Part shown: positions 44,901 to 58,392 of the stretch, in pieces
Numbering within the stretch: position 1 is the stretch's first letter
How the letters are laid out: each line of letters starts with the position of its first letter
Origin: Scenedesmus sp. PABB004
Taxonomy: Eukaryota
Length of the DNA stretch: 64,000 nucleotides
Direction: 5' to 3'
NCBI GenBank assembly: GCA_014905635.1
Contig: JABVCE010000004.1
Coordinates: 186,001-250,000, forward strand
Made by a program: the position numbers and the translations under genes
Notes under the pieces: model-generated
Seen by the model: the letters and a program-made list of their open reading frames with translations, nothing else
What the model was told of the DNA's origin: nothing
Database searches by the model: none

Positions 44901-47900
44901 GCCGCTCCGAGGACAAGGCGCGCGCCGCGCGCCGCGCGCCGCGCGCCGCGCCGCAGCCCGCGCCGCGCCTGTGCACCCAGCCTGCGCCTCCTCACCCCCC
45001 ACCCACTCTCTCACGCCCGCCCGCCCGCCCCGCACCCGCCCGCACCCGCCGCTCCAACCCCCTCAAAACCCAAAACCCCAAACCCGCCGCCGGTCGCGCG
45101 CGCACACACACACACACACACACGCGCAGATGACGCTGTTTGACGTGCAGCAGCGCCTCGTGCTCGGCGAGCTCTCCTGCCCGTACGTCAAGTATGTGGT
45201 GTGGAACGCCGACATGAGCGCCGTCGCGCTGCTCTCCAAGCACGCGATCGTCATCGCGGACAAGCGCCTCGGCAACGCGCAGACGGTGCACGAGACCATC
45301 CGCGTCAAGAGCGCGGCGTGGGACGAGTGCGGTGTGCTGCTCTACACGACGCTCAACCACATCAAGTACTGCCTGCCAAACGGCGACAGCGGTGCGTGTG
45401 GGGTGTGAGGGTGTGTGGTGGTGGTGGGGGGAGGGGGGCTGGACGGCCGCGCGGCGCGGCGCCGCGCGCGCGGCGCGCGCCGCGCGGCGCGCGCAGGCTG
45501 CGCGCGGCGGACGGAGGTGGAGGCGCTGGCGCGGGCGCGGGCGCTCCCCGGCCGCGCGCACCCACTCACGCACCCACTCACACCCCCCGCCGTGCTCGCG
45601 CGCCCGCCCTGCGCTCACCCCCCCCCCCCCCCAGGCATCATCCGCACGCTGGACGTGCCCCTCTACATCACGCGCGTGTCGGGCGGCACCATCCACGCAC
45701 TCGACCGCGACGGCAAGGCGCGCGCGGTGCAGGTGAACCGCCGCGCGCGCCGCGCGCGCCGCGCCACGCCGCCGCGGTCCTGGGCCCCGCTCGCTGAGCC
45801 CGCGCCGCTGCGCTGACCCCGCGCCGCTCCCCCGCCCCGCCTGCTGCGTGTCGCCTGGGCCAGGTGGACGTGACTGAGTACACGTTCAAGCTCGCGCTGC
45901 TGCAGCGCAAGTATGAGCAGGTGACCAGGGGCCGCCTGCGGGGCTGCCTACGGGGCTGCCTGCGGGGCTGCCTGCGGGCTGCCTGTGGGGCTGCCTGCGG
46001 GGCTACCTGCGGGGGCCCGCCCCGTGCGGTTTGGGCGGAGCAGGGCGGAGCAGGGCGGAGCAGGGCGGGCTGTTCTCGGTGGCTGGGGCCTCTCGGCCCC
46101 TCTGCGTCTTCTCGTCCGAGGCAGGAGGAGGAGGGATCAGAGGGGCCGGGAGGCCCAAGCCACCGCGCCGCCGCCGCCGCCTGCCCCTCCTCCACACCCC
46201 ACGTCCACCCCACACACACGCCCACACACACGCTACAACACACCCACCACCCGCCCACCCCGCACCCGCCCCGGCACCGCCAGGTCATCGCGATGATCAA
46301 GAGCAGCGCGCTGTGCGGCAGCGCCATCATCGCATACCTCCAGGCCAAGGGCTACCCGGAGGTGCGCCCGCCCCCCGGGGGCGCTGTGGCGCGGCGGGCG
46401 CTGGCAGCCGCGGCGCGGCCGCGGCGGCGGCTACGCGGCGGCGGCCACGCGGAGGCGCAGCCGCCGGCGGCCCGCGCCCCGCGGCCGGAGGGCCGGCCCT
46501 CGCCGCCACGCCCATGCCCCCGCCTGCCCTGCCCTGCCCTCTGCAGGTCGCGCTGCACTTTGTGACGGACGAGGCGACGCGGTTCAGCCTCGCGCTGCAG
46601 TGCGGCAACATCGAGGTCGCGCTCGCGGCGGCGCAGGCGCTGGACAGCAAGGACACCTGGTACAAGCTCGGTGCGCGCGCGCCACCGCGCGCCGCGCCAC
46701 GCGCGCGGTCACGCGCCCTCACGCTCTCGCGCGCGGCGGCGGCGGCGGCGCGCACGCCCCCTGCCCACGCCGCCGCCGGCGCTTCACCACCCCACGCCCT
46801 CATCACACGCACACATCCGACACATCCCACACACGCCCATGCGCGCGCGCCGCAGGCGTGGAGGCGCTGCGGCAGGGCAACTTCCAGATCGTGGAGTTCA
46901 GCTACCAGAAGACCAAGAGCTGGGAGCGCCTGGCCTTCCTCTACCTCATCACTGGCCACCTCGACCGCCTGCGCAAGATGGCCAAGATCGCGGAGATGCG
47001 CGGCGACGTCATGGGACGCTTCCACACCGCGCTCTTCCTCGGCGACGCGCGCGAGCAGGCGCGGCCGCCGCGGCGGCCGCGGCGGGGCTGGCGGCGGGGC
47101 TGGCGCGGCGCGGCATCGCGGGCTGTGGGGTGGCTGCGCGCGCCGCGCCGCGCCGCGCCGCGCGCGCTGACGGCGCCGCCGCGCCGCGCCGACGCGGCCG
47201 CGCAGGTCCGCATCCTCGAGGAGAGCGGGCAGCTGCCGCTCGCGTACGTCGCGGCGGCGAGCCACGGCTACGACGAGGACGCGGCACGCCTGCGTGAGGT
47301 GCGGCCGCGCCGCCGCCGCCGCCGCGACCGCGCGCGGCCCGGCGTCCCGCCCCTTGACGGCCCGCGCCGAGCCTCACATGCACCGCCCGCCGCGCGGCGC
47401 GCGCCGCAGATGCTGCCGGAGGACGCGGTGCCGCCGCTGCCGCCGGCGAGCGGGCTGCTGCTGCCGCCCGCGCCGCTGCTGAAGCAGGACAACTGGCCGC
47501 TGCTGACCGTCAGCAAGGGCTTCTTTGAGACCCTCGCGGCCAAGGGCGCCGCGGCCGGCGCGGGCGGCGCCGCCGGCGCTGCGGGCGGCGCCGCGGGCGC
47601 GGCCGCGGCGGCGGCGGGCATGGAGCTGGACGCGGAGGAGCTCGAGGGCGCGGGCTGGGGCGACGACCTCGACCTCGGCGGCGGCGACGGCGGCGCCGGC
47701 GACGACGGCGGCCTCGAGGGTGCGCCCGCAGCGCCGGGAATGCCGCCGGGCGGCGTGGTGCCGCCGCCGCCGCCACGGGAAAGCCCCGCCGCCGCGTTGA
47801 CGGCGCTGACCCTGCCGTCCCGCCGCCGCGCCGCGCCGCCGCGCCGCCGCGCGCGCAGGCCTGGGCGGCGGCGACGACGACGGCGAGGGCGGGTGGGAGA

Positions 47901-49559
47901 TGGAGGACCTGGAGCTGCCGCCAGACCTGGGCCTCGACGCCGGGGCCGCCGGCGCCGCGGGCGGCGCGGGCGCGCCGTTCGTGGCGCCCACGCCAGGTGC
48001 GCGCGGCGCTCGCGCCTCCGCCCGCGCGCCGCCCGCGCGCCGCCCGCGCGCCGCACGCCGCTCGCCGCCGACGCCCGCCGCCGCCGCCCCGCGCGCGCAG
48101 GCGTGCCCGCGGCGGCCAAGTGGCTGGAGCGGCGCAGCCAGCTCGCGGCGGAGCACGTCGCGGCGGGGCAGTTCCAGGACGCGATGTCGCTGCTCTACCG
48201 CCAGCTCGGCGTCGTCGCGTACGAGCCGCTGCGCCCGCACTTCATGGAGCTCTACGCCGCCAGCCACGCAGCGCTGCCCGGCCTGCAGGCGCGCGCGCCG
48301 CCGGGCGCCCGCGGCGGCGCCGGGCGCGCGCGGCGTCGCCGGGGCGCGCCGACGCTGACGCGCTGCCGCCGGGGCGGCGCCGCCGCCGGGGCGCGCGCGC
48401 GGGCGCCGCGGCGGCGCGCTGACGCCGACGCGCGCCCGCCGCGCCCGCCGCGCTTGCCGCGCCCGGCGCGCAGGGCGTGCCGCCGCTGCTGGTGGGGCTC
48501 GACCGCGCGTGGAGCCGCGACGCGCCGACGCAGCCGCCGAGCAGCCCCGCGCTGCTGTACAGCCTGGCGCACCTCGAGGAGAGCCTCAAGGCCGCGTACC
48601 GCCTCGTGACGGAGGGCAAGTTCAGCGACGCGCTGCGGGGCTTTGTGCGCATGCTGCAGGTCGTGCCGCTCATGGTCGTGGAGTCGCGCAAGGAGGTCGA
48701 CGAGGTGCGGCGCCGGCGCGGCGGGCGGCGGGGGCTTCGGGTTTGTGCTGCGCGGGCCGCCGGCTGCGCGAGCGGCTGGCTCCGCCAGCGGCTGGCTGGG
48801 GTGGGCCGCTGGCTGCCCCGCCGGCTGCCCCCCCCCCCCTACACCACACACACACCACACACACACCACACACACAACACACACTCAACGCCCACGCCGC
48901 CGCGTGTTGCTTGCCCAGGTCAAGGAGCTGGTCGGCATCTGCAAGGAGTACGTCATCGCGCTGCGCTGCGAGCTGAAGCGCAAGGAGCTGCGCGAGGACG
49001 ACGTCGCGCGCGCGGCCGAGCTCGCGGCCTACTTCACGCACTGCGCGCTGCAGCCCGTGCACACCGCGCTGAGCCTGCGCAGCGCGATGACGATCTTCTT
49101 CAAGCTCAAAAACCTCGCGACCTGCGCGCACTTCTGCCGCCGCCTGCTCGAGCTCAACCCGGGGCAGAAGGCGCGCCGCCGCGCCGCGCCGCGCCGCGGC
49201 GCGCTCACACGCGCCCGCGCTCGCGCCCGCGCCGCGCTCACGCCGCGCCCGCGCCCACGCCCACGCCCCGCGCCCGCGCGCGCCCCGCGCAGATGGCGCT
49301 GCAAGCGCGCCAGGTGCTCGCGGCGTGCGAGAAGGCGCCGGTGGACGAGGTGAAGGTCAACTACGACCCCCGCAACCCCTTTGACGTGTGCTGCCTCACC
49401 TTCACGCCCATCTACCGCGGCAGCAAGTTCGTGGAGGACCGCTACACGGGCGCGCGCTTCGCGCCCGAGTGCGAGGGCCAGGTCAGCCCGCTCGGCGACA
49501 TCGTGCGCATCGGCGCCGACGCGAGCGGGCTGCTCATCTCGCCCACGCAGGTGCGCTGA
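41986..49559 (+). CDS. COPA: Coatomer subunit alpha (21 exons)
   Basis: [56 protein letters not shown]...; C-terminus [11 protein letters not shown]...[16 protein letters not shown]. Confidence 0.98.
45934..46014 (+). repeat. Intronic 12-bp minisatellite (GCCTGCGGGGCT, ~7 copies)
   Basis: Degenerate tandem units in COPA intron 11, followed by (GGGCGGAGCA)x2-3. Confidence 0.8.
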
Positions 49560-50169
49560 CCCGACCCGCCACGGCGCGGCGGCGCGGGCCAGCGCCCGCT
49601 GGCGCGGTAACTGAGCTGCGCGTGCTGTGCGCTGCGGCGGCGCGCCGCGCCGCGCCGCTCTCCCTCTTTTTTGGTCGGCCGCGCCGCCCCAGCAGCGGCC
49701 GCCGCAGCGGCGGCGCCCGCCGATCGGCGCGCGCAGCGCGCCGCGATGCCGCGCCGCGCGCTTTCGCCCTGGCTGCCGCGGCTGCGCCGTACTGGGAGGC
49801 CAGGGGGTCGCCGCGGGCGCTGCTGGCGCGGCACGTAGCTCGTTTGTCGCATGCCGCTCCCGCGCGCCGCGCTGGGCCGGCGTGGCCGGCCGGGCGGGCG
49901 GCGTTCAGCTCGCGCGCGCTCTGGCGTGGACGCCCGCGCATGGCGCGGCGCCGTTGCCCCCGCATGCGCGCGGCGAAAGCCCTCGTTTGTCGCCGGCTGC
50001 TCTGTTCCCAGCGCCCCCGCGTGCCAGCCCGCCGCGGCGTCCCGGCGCCGCCACAGCCACGACTCTCCTGGTCCCCCGATCTTCGCAAGCAGCCCACGCG
50101 CGCCCAGTCAACCGCCGCCCAGCTTTCGGAGCCGGCCCCCGAGCAAGCGTTTCCCGGCCGCTGCCCGCC

Positions 50170-52945
50170 ATGCAGCTCACGCGGCGCGCCACGCGCGGCC
50201 GCGCCGCGCCCGCGGAGGCGCCGCGGCGCCCGGCGCGCGTGTGCGCGGTGCGGCCGCGCGCGGACTACATCAAGGGCAGCAGCACCGACGCCAAGCCGGC
50301 GCCCAAGGCGGGCGAGGAGGCCTCGGTGCCGGCCGGCCTGAAGCCCACGCCCGTCGTAGCGGGCGCGGTGGCCGCCCCGGCGCCCGCCGCGCCCGCGGCG
50401 GCCTCGGCGCCCGCGCCGGAGGCCAAGGCCGACGCGCTGGAGGACATGGTCGCGCTCAAGGCCGTCATCGACACGGCGAGCAAGGCGCAGCACATGTACG
50501 CCGAGTTCACGCAGGAGCAGGTGCGCTGTCGGCGCCGCGATGCCCGCGGCAACGAGGGGCGGGACGATCTGCGCCGCAGCGCCACCCCCCGCGCCGGCGC
50601 CTGCCCGGCGCGCCGCCCCCCGGCTGCTCCGCGAGCTCGCCGCCGGCCGGGGCGCCGCGCCGGGACGGAACGCGGCCGCGGCGGCGCGCGCCGGGCGGCG
50701 GCGGCGGGTTTCGCTGCCGCCCGGCCCGCGACGCCCCCCCCTGCGCGCCCGCCCGCGCGCCCGCCGGCCCTCCGCGCCGCGGGGTCCGCGCGCGCCGCGC
50801 CCTCCCGCCGCGCGTGCCGCGCGCGCCGCGGGCGCCGGCGCGCGGTCAACCGCGCGCGCCCGCGACCGCGACCGCGCCGCCGCCGCCGCGGCCAGGTCGA
50901 CCGCATCTTCAAGGCCAGCAGCCAGGCCGCGAGCGCGGCGCGCATCGACCTCGCGGTCATGGCGGTGGAGGAGACCAAGATGGGCCTCATGGAGGACAAG
51001 GTCATCAAGAACCACTTTGGTGCGGCTGCCGCTGCTGCTGCTGCCCCGCGCGGCCTGCATGCGCGGACAGCGCCGCTGCAGCGGCGGCGCGCCGCGCCCG
51101 GACTCGACCCGCGCGCCCGCGCCCGCGCCGGCGCGCAGCGTCCGAGTACATTTACAACAAGTACAAGGACACCAAGACCTGCGACGTCATCGAGGAGTCG
51201 GCGCAGGACGGCATCATGAAGGTCGCGGAGCCCATCGGCGTCATCGCAGGCGAGCGGCCGGGGCCGCAGGGGCGCGCGGTGGGCGCGCGGCGGGGCGGGC
51301 CAGGCGGCGCGGCGCTCACCAAGGCGCCGCCGCCGCGCAGGCATCGTGCCGACGACCAACCCCACGAGCACGGTCATCTTCAAGTGCCTCCTCGCGCTCA
51401 AGACGCGGTGCGCGCCACCCGCTGCGCCCGCGCCCGCGCGCCGGCCCGCTTTGCGCCTGCGCTGCCGCCTGACGCGCGCGCCCCCGCCGCGCCGCCGCGC
51501 AGCAACGCGATCGTGCTGTCGCCGCACGTGCGCGCGGCCAAGTGCTCCATCGAGGCGGCGCGCATCGTGCGCGACGCGGCCGAGGCGGCGGGCGCGCCGC
51601 CGGGGCTGATCCAGTGGATCGAGCACCCCAGCCTCGCGCTCGCGACGGCGCTGATGAAGCACCCCAAGATCAACCTCATCCTCGCCACGGGTGCGGCGCT
51701 GCCAGCGGCGCGGGGCGGGGCGGGGCGGGGCGGCGGGAGGCGCCCCGGGGGCGAGCCGCCGCGCGCTGGCGGGCGCCGCGGGCGGCGGCGCTGACGCGCG
51801 CCGGCCGCCGCGCCGTGCCGGCGGCGCGCAGGCGGGCCCGGCATGGTCAAGGCGGCGTACGAGAGCGGCCACCCCGCGGTCGGCGTGGGCGCGGGCAACA
51901 CGCCCGCCGTGATCGACGCGACCGCCGACATCCCCATGGCCGTGAGCAGCATCCTCATCAGCAAGACCTTTGACAACGGCGTCATCTGCGCGAGCGAGCA
52001 GAACATCGTCGCCGAGGACGCGGTGCGGCGCCGCGCACGCGCACGCGCGCGCGCGGGTTGACAGGAGTCAGTGGCGGTGGCTGCGCCGCCGCGCAGCGCT
52101 CGGCAGCGCTGCGCCAGCCGCCCGGCCGCCGCCGCCGCCGTGTCCAGCCCTGACGCCGCCTGCGCTGTGCCGCGTTGTCCCGCGCTCCGCCCCGCCAGGT
52201 GTACGACGAGGTCGTGCGTGAGCTGAAGCTGCGCGGCGCGTACTTCATGTCGCCCGCCGAGTGCAAGAAGGCGGGCGCGACGATCCTCAAGGACGGCCGC
52301 CTCAACGCCGACGTGGTCGGCCAGAAGGCCACCGCGCTCGCGCGCCTCTTCGGCTTCGAAGTCCCCGCCAACACCAAGGCGCGCGCGCTGCGCCGCCAGC
52401 CGCGCCGCCGCGCGCCGCCAGGCGCGTTGTGACGCTGAGGCCTGCCCGCCCGCCCGCCCGCCCGTGCGGCCCCGGCGTGCGCAGGTGCTGATCGGCGAGG
52501 CGAGCGTGATCGGGACGAGCGAGCCGATGAGCTACGAGAAGCTCTGCCCCGTGCTGGGTGCGGCACACGCGCACGCGCCGGCGCCCGCGCGCGCCCGCTG
52601 CCGCCGCAGCCGCCGCCGCCGCCGGCCCGCCCTCGACCTCGACCGCGCCGGCCCCGCTCCCCGCCCCGCTCCCCCTCGCGCGCCTGGCCAGGCCTGTACC
52701 GGGCCAAGGACTGGCCCGACGCGATCGCCAAGGCGCGGTCGCTCGTCGAGTTTGGCGGCCACGGGCACACGAGCTGCCTCTACACCAGCCCCATGAACAA
52801 GGAGGCCATCCACCAGTTCCAGAGCGCCATGGAGACCGTGCGCATCCTCATCAACTCGCCCGCCAGCCAGGGGTGCGCCCGCGCGGCGCTGGCTGCGGCG
52901 CGGCGCGGCGCGGGGCTGGCTGCGGCGGCGGCGCCGTCGCGTGGG

Positions 52946-52986
<41 letters not shown>

Positions 52987-55209
52987 GGCAGCCCGCCCTG
53001 CGCCGGCCTGACGCGCTCCGCGTTTGACACCCCCGCCCCCCCTCCCGCGCGCCCGCCCCGCCCCGCCCTGCCGCCCCGCCAGCGCGATCGGCGACTTGTA
53101 CAACTTCCACCTGGACCCCAGCCTCACGCTCGGGTGCGGGTCGTGGGGCAGCACGAGCGTTAGCGCCAACGTGGGCCCGCAGCACCTCATCAACGTCAAG
53201 ACCGTGGCCATGCGCCAGGAGAACATGCTCTGGTTCAAGGCGCCGCCTAAGATCTACTTCAAGCGCGGCTCCCTCGACCTCGCGCTGCAGGAGCTCGTCG
53301 GCCAGTGCGTGCCCGCCGCCGCACCCGCGCGCCCGCCTCCGCCCGCCGCGCAGCGCGCCCGCGCCCGCCGCGCAGCGCGCCCACCGTTCCGCGCCCGCCG
53401 CCGCGCCGCCGCCGTCCCGCGCGGCGCCGCCGCGCAGCAAGCGCGCGTTCATCGTGACCGACCCGCCGCTGTTTGAGATGGGCATCACCAACCAGCTCAT
53501 CAACAAGCTCATCCCGCTCGGCATCCAGCCCAAGACCTTCACCAACGTCGAGCCCGACCCCACGCTCGGCATGGTCGAGCGCGCGCTCGTGGAGCTGCGC
53601 AGCTTCAAGCCCGACCTCATCATTGCCATCGGCGGCGGCTCGCCCATGGTGCGGCCCCGCGCGGCGCGCGCGGCCTGCGCGCGCGGCGGCGTGTGGGGGC
53701 GGCGCCCGCGGGCAGCGCGAGCTGGGCCGACCCCGCGCACCACGCGCCGCCTTGCCTTAACAGGACGCGGCCAAGCTGATGTGGCTGATGTACGAGCACC
53801 CGGAGACGCGCTTCGAGGAGGTCGCCGCGCGCTTCATGGTGCGGCGCGCGCGCCCGCCTCCCGCCGCCGCAGCGCAGCCGCTGCGCAGCCGCCGCCGCCG
53901 CGTCTGCGCCCCGCGCGCGTCGTCGCCCCGCGCGCCCCGCTCCTGACCGCGCCGCCGCCGCCGCCCGTCCTGCGCCCCCCGCGCGTACGCGCGCGCAGGA
54001 CATCCGCAAGCGCATCAACGCCATCCCGGAGCTCGGCAAGCTCGCCAAGTTTGTGGCCATCCCCACCACGAGCGGCACGGGCAGCGAGGTCACGCCGTTT
54101 GCGGTGGTCACGGACGAGAAGACGGGCATCAAGTACCCGCTCGCTGACTACGCGCTGGTGCGGCGCCACACGCGCGCGCACACGCACGCCGCCGCGCTGC
54201 CCCTCACCTGGGGCTCCCAGCGCCCGCGAGCTGCCCCCGCGCCGCCCCCAGCAACCCCGCGCCGCGCCGCGCCGCGCGCGCGCGCGCGCAGACGCCCAAC
54301 ATGGCCATCTGCGACGCCAACCTGGTGGACAGCATGCCCCGCAAGCTCACCGCGTACGGCGGCCTCGACGCGCTCGTGCACGCGATCGAGAGCTACGTCA
54401 GCGTCTGCGCGACAGACTACACCAAGGGTGCGCCGCAACGACGCCGCGCCGCGCCGCGCCGCCGCAGCCGCGCGCCCGCCGCTGCCGTGAGCCGCCCGCC
54501 GCTGCCCGCACTCACCCGCTCTCCCGCGCCGCCGCGCTCTCGCACGCCCGCGGTGTGTGTCCTGCCCTTGTCCAGGCCTGTCGCTGCAGGCGATCCGCAT
54601 GGTGTTTGAGTACCTCCCCCGCAGCTACAAGGGCGGCGGCGGCGACCCGGTCGCGCGCGAGAAGCTGCACAACGCGGCCACGATCGCGGGCATGGCCTTT
54701 GCCAACGCCTTCCTCGGCGTGTGCCACTCCATGGCGCACAAGCTCGGCGGCACGCACCACATCGCGCACGGCCTCGCCAACGCGCTGCTCATCAGCCACG
54801 TCATCCGCTACAACGCGACCGACGCGCCCTTCAAGCAGGCGCGCCGGGGGGCCCGCGGCGGCGGGGGCACGCGCCCGCGCTGCGCGGCGGGGGGCTGCGC
54901 TTGCGCCGCGCGCGGGCGTCCGCGCGGCGCCGCCGCCCCCCCGGCTCGTGCGGCGCCCCGACCCGCGCTCCTCCCCCCCCCCCCTGGCGCGCTGCCGCGG
55001 CTGCGGCCGCAGACGTGCTTCCCCCAGTACGGCGTGCCCAAGGCGCTCGACCGCTACGCGGAGATCGCCGACACGCTCAACCTCGGCGGCGCGACCAAGC
55101 AGGAGAAGGTCCGGCGCCGCGCCGCGCCAGCCCTGGGCCCGCCCGCCTGCGCCGCGCGCGCCCTCGCACGCACCCCGCGCCCTCACACGCACGCACGCAC
55201 ACACGCACA

Positions 55210-55257
<48 letters not shown>

Positions 55258-55864
55258 CGCACGCACGCACGCACACACGCACGCACACACGCACGCACAC
55301 ACGCACGCACACACGCACGCACACACGCACGCACACACGCACGCACGCACGCTCCCCCCCCCCCCCCCCCGCCGCCGCCGCAGGTCATCCACCTGATCGA
55401 GGCGATCGAGAAGCTCAAGGCCGCGGTGGACGTGCCGCCCACGATCCGCGAGGCCGTCGGCGACGCGGCGGCCGAGGCGGAGTGGTACTTCATGTCCACC
55501 ACGCTCGACATGTCGTACCAGGCCTTTGACGACCAGTGCACCGGCGCAAACCCGCGGTGCGCGCGCGCCCGCGCGCCACGCGCCGCGGGTCACGAGCGCG
55601 CGCCCGCGCCCGCGCCGCCGTCGCGCCGCCATCGCGCCGCCGCCGCGCCGCCGCCCACTGCCCGCCGTCCGCTCTGCCGCGCCGCGCCCCCGGCCCGCCC
55701 TCACCAGGTACCCGCTGGTGAAGGACCTGCGCAAGATGTTTGAGGACGCGTGGTCCAAGCCCATCCTGCCGCTGACCGACCTCGAGTTTGTGTCGCCCTC
55801 GTCGTCGTGCCTCAAGAGCCGGCTCGAGAAGCCCCACTTCCCCGCCGGCCTCGGCGCGCGCTGA
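50170..55864 (+). CDS. adhE: Bifunctional acetaldehyde-CoA/alcohol dehydrogenase (AdhE; algal ADH1) with transit peptide, ~18 exons
   Basis: Arg/Ala-rich transit peptide, EDKVIKNHFA, PTTNPTST, SKTFDNGVICASEQ, LTLGCGSWG, IGGGSPMDAAK, IPTTSGTGSEVT, DALVHAIE, HSMAHKLGGTHHIAHGLAN, DDQCTGANPRYP. Confidence 0.97.
55185..55351 (+). repeat. (GCAC/ACAC)n microsatellite in an AdhE intron
   Basis: ~165 bp of CACG/CACA repeats. Confidence 0.9.
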
Positions 55865-57177
55865 GAGGCGGCGCGCCCGCGGGCGCGCCGGCTGGCGCGC
55901 GGCGCGCGTGCTGAGACGCGACCGCCGCGCGCCGCGGCGCGCCCGAGGGGAGGGGAGGCCCCCCTGGCCTGGCCCCCCTCCCCCTCCCTCCGTCCCTCCC
56001 TCCCCCCTGAGCTTTGCTGCATGGCCGCGCCCCGGCAGAACTGGGCGCGCGCGCTGCTGCTGATGTGTTACTGAGGCCGTGAGCTTGCTGGCCGCGCACT
56101 TGGCCCGTGAATCGGCGGGGCGGCGCGCGCGCCGCGGCCGGAACGACCCCCACGCCGCCTGCATGCTTTGGCGCCTCGCGCGCGACGCCGCAGCCCAGGC
56201 GGCGACGGGCTCAGCTCAGCTCGTGTGTGGCGTGTGTGGCGTGTGTGTGGATCGCTGGCTAGCCCTAGGTAGGCGTTCCTTGTTTGTCCGCGGCGCACTG
56301 TGTGTGAGCCTTGCTTGTCACCGTGTCACCTTGCAGCGCCCGCGGCGCGCGGCGCGCATCCAACCCTGTTTGCAGCGTGTGGTTCGTGACATCGACCGGC
56401 GGCGGTGGTGCGTGGGCATGCATGCGGCGGGCGGGGCAGGGCAGCAGGGGGCCCGCGCGGCGGGTCGCCACGCCTGGCGCCCCTGTACAAGCTAGCAGCG
56501 TGTCGTGATATCGTGCGGGGGCGGTGGTGTAACAGACTGGTGGGCACACAGCGCTCGTCCTCGCCCCGCGCACGCCTCGCCTCGCGCGCGCCGACGGAGT
56601 TCTTCTGACCCGCCAGCGGCGGAGGGGCTCGCTCGCCGGCCTGCCCGCCGGCTGGGCTGGGGGCCGCGCAGCTCGCACTGCTGGCTGCCAGGCTGCTGCG
56701 GTTGCGCACGCCAACAGGGGAGGAGTGAAAAGCGAACATGCGTCCCTCCCAACAAGTGGCCCAACCATCGAGTCAACAATCGGGTCAACAGTTGAGCCGG
56801 TGCACCTTTGCCCGCGCGCGCGGGCGGCATCTGGGCGCAGGGTTGGTGCCATCGGCACTGCTCTCCCCACGCGTCGCATGGGTTTGTTGGAGGGGGTTGG
56901 GGATGGCGCAACGCGAGCAAGTACAGGGACGAGCCATCACGCTGCGCAGGCAGCCAACGTGCGTTGTGTTGTGTTGAGAGTGAGTGTGTTGCTGAGAGAG
57001 TGTGTGTGTCAAGAGTGTTGTTGTTGAGAGTGCGCAGTGCCGCCATCCACCAGCTGCGGCGTGGGTGTAGACCTAGGCGCATCCGGCGCAGGCCGCCTGC
57101 AGGACGCCAACAACGGCGCACGAGGGCGGTCTCTGCAAACCGAACTGCAGGCCGCGTGCGTGGCTGGCCAGGGCAAG

Positions 57178-58357
57178 TCAGCTGCCACGCGGCGGCTGCG
57201 GGGGCGCCACCTGTGCGGGCTCCTGCTTCATTGACGCCGGCGGCTGCTGAGGCCGCGGCTCCCGCTTCTGCCTGTGCTGCTTCTGCAGCCGCTGCTGCTC
57301 CTGCAGCCGCTGCTGCTCCTGCGCCGCCGCCGCAGCCTGCTGCAGCTCCGCCTGCCGCTGCTCCTCCGCCGCGTCGAGGCCCCGCGCCAGCAGGCTGACC
57401 ATGGTCAGCGGCCGCGACCAGAAGGGAAACGACTTGACGATCGATGTCGCATTCTGGCGGTAGTCGAGCGTGTTGATCCACAGGAACGTGACCTGGCAAG
57501 GGGCGCGCGGGGCAGGATGTGGAGCAGTGAGCGTTGACCACGACGCTGCGCGCGCGATCGCCCAGCGCTCGCGCTCGCGGGCGACCGCGGCGGGACGGCC
57601 CCCCCGCAGGCCGCGCCCGCAGCGCACCGTGCGGTGCAGCTCGCGCAGGCGCATCACATGGTGCAGCAGCTCGGTCATCAGCCGCTCCAGCTCCTCGCTG
57701 CTCTCCAGCGTCAGCGTGCCCCCGCCCCCGGCGCTGCCGCCCCCCGCGCCGCCGCACGCGCTGACCGCCTGCCCGCCTTCCGCGCTCGGCGTGCCGGCGC
57801 CGTCCGCGGCGCCACGCTTGCCGCTGTCGGCGGGAGTGCTGCTGCCGAGGGCGCCCACAACCGTGGCGGCGCTGGCGCTGCTGCCGCTGCAGGGCGTGCT
57901 GCCTGCCGCGCCGTGCCGCGCGCCGCGCGCGGTGCCGCGAGACGGCAGGCCGCCTGGGGGCAGCGCCTCGGCCGCGAGGCTCTCGGCCGCAGCGCCCGCG
58001 CCGGCGGCGGCACCGGTGATGCACTGCATGCGCTGCACCAGCGCCTGCATGCGCGCAATGACCGGCGTGCTGCTCGCCTCATACTTTTGCCAGGCCACGC
58101 GCAGCGTGTGGCGCTGGTCCGGGCGCAGCGCCACGTGCTGCAGCACGTCCTGCCAGAATCCTGCGACGAGGGCACCGCGCGGCGCGCGCGCGCGGGGCGT
58201 CGCACATGCGTCGCCCGCCGCCTGCCGCCGCCCGCGCGTGCCCCGGACTCTGGCGGCACACGCGCACCTGGGGGCGGCTCCTGCTGCACCATCGTCTCCA
58301 TGTTAAGCACTCCCAGCTGCAGGTTCACCCGGTCTGCGGTGACGTGCTGTCGCGGCC

Positions 58358-58392
<35 letters not shown>

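Noticed and set aside
56760..56797. Three degenerate 12-bp repeats (caac.atcg.gt) between the AdhE and bZIP-like 3' ends
   Set aside because: Too short and degenerate to assign any function.
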